A program made the position numbers and the translations under genes. This document shows, piece after piece, positions 62,371-64,000 of a stretch of DNA of 64,000 nucleotides (the stretch's first letter is position 1; the number at the start of each line of letters is the position of its first letter). Under the pieces are notes generated by a model. It was not told the DNA's origin. It worked only from the letters and a program-made list of their open reading frames with translations, and did not search any database. Source of the stretch: Candidatus Sulfomarinibacteraceae bacterium. Its GTDB lineage: Bacteria > Acidobacteriota > Thermoanaerobaculia > Thermoanaerobaculales > Sulfomarinibacteraceae. The DNA is taken from the NCBI GenBank assembly GCA_963733915.1, contig CAVTEP010000003.1, positions 3,757 through 67,756 of the forward strand. Reading direction: 5' to 3'.

Positions 62371-62460
62371 GTTAAGAGTCAAGAGTTAAGGGTCAAGACG
62401 TGCTGCTATTCAAGAAGAGGACATGGGATGGCTTCACTCTTGACTCTTGACTCTTCACAG
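62371..62460. repeat. tandem-unit hairpin element E16: (YAAGAGT)x4 / (GACTCTT)x3-4
   Basis: gttaagagtcaagagttaagggtcaagacg 62371-62400; 31-nt centre without C/G box; cttcactcttgactcttgactcttcacag 62432-62460. Confidence 0.85.
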
Positions 62461-62532
62461 TTGGGCTGACCGGATGCGGATACGGAGGTGGGAGCAAGCG
62501 AAATCCGAACCCGGCCACTCGCACGGCTCGGT

Positions 62533-63672
62533 TCAATTGCTGCCGACAAACGCCCGCTTCAATCGTTCAAAGAAGCCGCGATCCACTTCTGGATCCAGGC
62601 CTCCGCCGAGCTCGGCGGTTTCCTCGATCAACCTCCGCTGCTCGCTGCTGATCTTCTTCGGCACAACGACCCGCAGGTGGACAAAAAGGTCTCCCCTGCG
62701 GCGGCCGTCGACTCGCGGCATGCCACGTCCCGGCAGGCGGATGACCTCGCCCGGCTGGGCCCCTGCTTCGATATCGACGTCGAGGGCCTCGCCCAAGATC
62801 GACGAGATCCGCACCGCCGCACCGAGCAGCGCCTGGTACACCGAAATCGGCAGCTCGAGATGCAGGTCGACGCCATCGCGTTGGAAGAGGTCGTGCTCTT
62901 CGACGGCCATGACGACGAAGAGGTCGCCCGAAGGTCCTCCCAGAGCGCCGCCCTCGCCCTCTCCTGCAAGACGGAGGCGCATCCCGGTGTCGACGCCTGC
63001 CGGCACGGTGACCTTGAGTGCGGCCTGGCGCTCGACGCGTCCCTTCCCTTCACAGTCGGTACACGGGTTGCGATTCACCCGACCGGCACCACCGCAGCTG
63101 GGACAGGTCTGGGCAACCGACAGGAAGCCACGTCGAAACGCGACCTGACCCGCGCCCTGGCACGTACTGCACGCTTCGGGGGTGGTCCCCGGTTCCGCGC
63201 CGGAGCCCGAGCATCGCTCGCAGGTATCGAGCCGCGGTACCCGGATCGAGCGCTCGACGCCGGTCGCAGCTTCCTCGAGGGTCAGCTTGAGCGTGTATTG
63301 GAGATCGTGGCCGCGCCGCGCGCGGTTCCCACCGTGCTGGCGACGCGAGCCGAAGAGGTCGCCGAAACCGAAGAGATCGCCGAGAATGTCGGCGAAATCG
63401 CCGAAGTGACTCGGATCGAAGCCGGTGAACGCCTCCCCGCCCAGACCCTTGTGGCCGAATCTGTCATAACGGGAGCGCTTGTCGCTGTCGGACAAGACGG
63501 CATAGGCCTCTGAGGCCAGCTTGAATTGTTCTTCGGCTTCGGGATTGTCTGGGTTCTTGTCGGGGTGAAACTTCACCGCCAGCCGTCGATAGGCAGCCTT
63601 GATCTCGGCCGTGGACGCTTCCCGTCCGACGCCGAGAATATCGTAATAATCTCGCCGGGTTCCGGTTGCCAT
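62533..63672 (-). CDS. dnaJ: molecular chaperone DnaJ
   Basis: ORF 62533..63729 trimmed to [15 protein letters not shown] behind GAGGAG; HPDKN, G/F region, four CxxCxGxG zinc-finger repeats. Confidence 0.95.
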   Translation of the reverse strand: MATGTRRDYYDILGVGREASTAEIKAAYRRLAVKFHPDKNPDNPEAEEQFKLASEAYAVLSDSDKRSRYDRFGHKGLGGEAFTGFDPSHFGDFADILGDLFGFGDLFGSRRQHGGNRARRGHDLQYTLKLTLEEAATGVERSIRVPRLDTCERCSGSGAEPGTTPEACSTCQGAGQVAFRRGFLSVAQTCPSCGGAGRVNRNPCTDCEGKGRVERQAALKVTVPAGVDTGMRLRLAGEGEGGALGGPSGDLFVVMAVEEHDLFQRDGVDLHLELPISVYQALLGAAVRISSILGEALDVDIEAGAQPGEVIRLPGRGMPRVDGRRRGDLFVHLRVVVPKKISSEQRRLIEETAELGGGLDPEVDRGFFERLKRAFVGSN

Positions 63673-63679
63673 TCGCTCC

Positions 63680-64000
63680 TCAGGAATCGTATTCGGGCTC
63701 TTCGTCGACCGGGTTAGCGCCGGGCGCATCCGGGTTCATCTTGAGCTCGCCGCCTAGGGCGGCCACCGGATCGAGCATGATGACGTGGGTCAGGATCTGT
63801 GCTGCGTCCTGGACCGCGTATATTGCTTCCTCGAGCACAGAACGCTCTTCGCTCGTCAGCGCCTTTCGTGCCCGATTGAGGGTGGCGCGCACTTCTTCAC
63901 GATCGTCGTTCGATAGACCCGCGCCGAACTCGCGGACAACCCGCTCGTTGGTGTACAGCAGACCCTCGAGACGGTTCTGTAATTCGCGGATCTCACGGCG
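63680..64000 (-). CDS. dnaK: C-terminal part of molecular chaperone DnaK (continues beyond the right edge)
   Basis: frame of ORF 63680..63892 stays open to 64000: [48 protein letters not shown]... (lid domain), acidic tail EEPEYDS; upstream of dnaJ. Confidence 0.85.
   Translation of the reverse strand, partial: RREIRELQNRLEGLLYTNERVVREFGAGLSNDDREEVRATLNRARKALTSEERSVLEEAIYAVQDAAQILTHVIMLDPVAALGGELKMNPDAPGANPVDEEPEYDS

Noticed and set aside
6300-62460. Possibility that the short tandem repeats are CRISPR arrays
   Set aside because: Units are only 6-11 nt and directly abut each other without spacers. Arrays are 30-80 nt long, and no cas genes are present.
63680-63892. A 70-aa stand-alone ORF upstream of dnaJ
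   Set aside because: The frame stays open to the window edge and reads as the DnaK lid domain and acidic tail. It is therefore the 3' end of dnaK, not a separate gene.

Overview
High-GC bacterial chromosomal segment, densely packed with about 55 mostly housekeeping or metabolic genes. These include a two-component/c-di-GMP operon, ABC-F ATPase, fmt-rsmB, a B12/radical-SAM fusion, mutY, an ECF sigma/anti-sigma pair and hemH. They also include a cysK-like/metC-like pair, a MacAB-type exporter, ggt, nifU-nifS, several peptidases, a CoA-transferase/thiolase cluster, gdh, ilvE, alr, tatD, rsmE-prmA and dnaJ-dnaK. I see no rRNA, tRNA, CRISPR array, transposase, integrase or recognisable defence genes. 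Many long ORFs in the six-frame track are antisense artefacts of the high GC content. The unusual content is non-coding. At least 16 intergenic gaps hold elements with one shared architecture: arms made of tandem 6-11 nt units, with a different unit sequence in different elements. In many of them a C-rich/G-rich clamp (CCCxCCC ... GGGNGGGCGGG) sits around a variable centre. In three elements the centre carries a four-helix-bundle gene of the 23S rRNA intervening-sequence protein family, which also contains DGR Avd. Four such genes are present in four states: one intact (60119-60493), one broken by a single in-frame TAG (13927-14289), and two N-terminal stubs (52627-52695 and 59599-59695). The elements usually start at or within a few nt of a stop codon, are sometimes nested or mosaic, and three are bracketed by 9-10 nt direct repeats. 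My inference is an IVS-like, possibly mobile, autonomous/non-autonomous element family colonising gene 3' ends. I do not recognise it as a described system. Secondary observations:
- Four otherwise conserved genes (nifU, ggt, an ABC ATPase, a lipoprotein) carry +1 frameshifts, each repaired by removing one G.
- A 540-nt structured gene-free region lies at 54415-54960.
- A low-GC islet holds an orphan gene at 57971-58706.
- Several long perfect palindromes sit in promoter regions.
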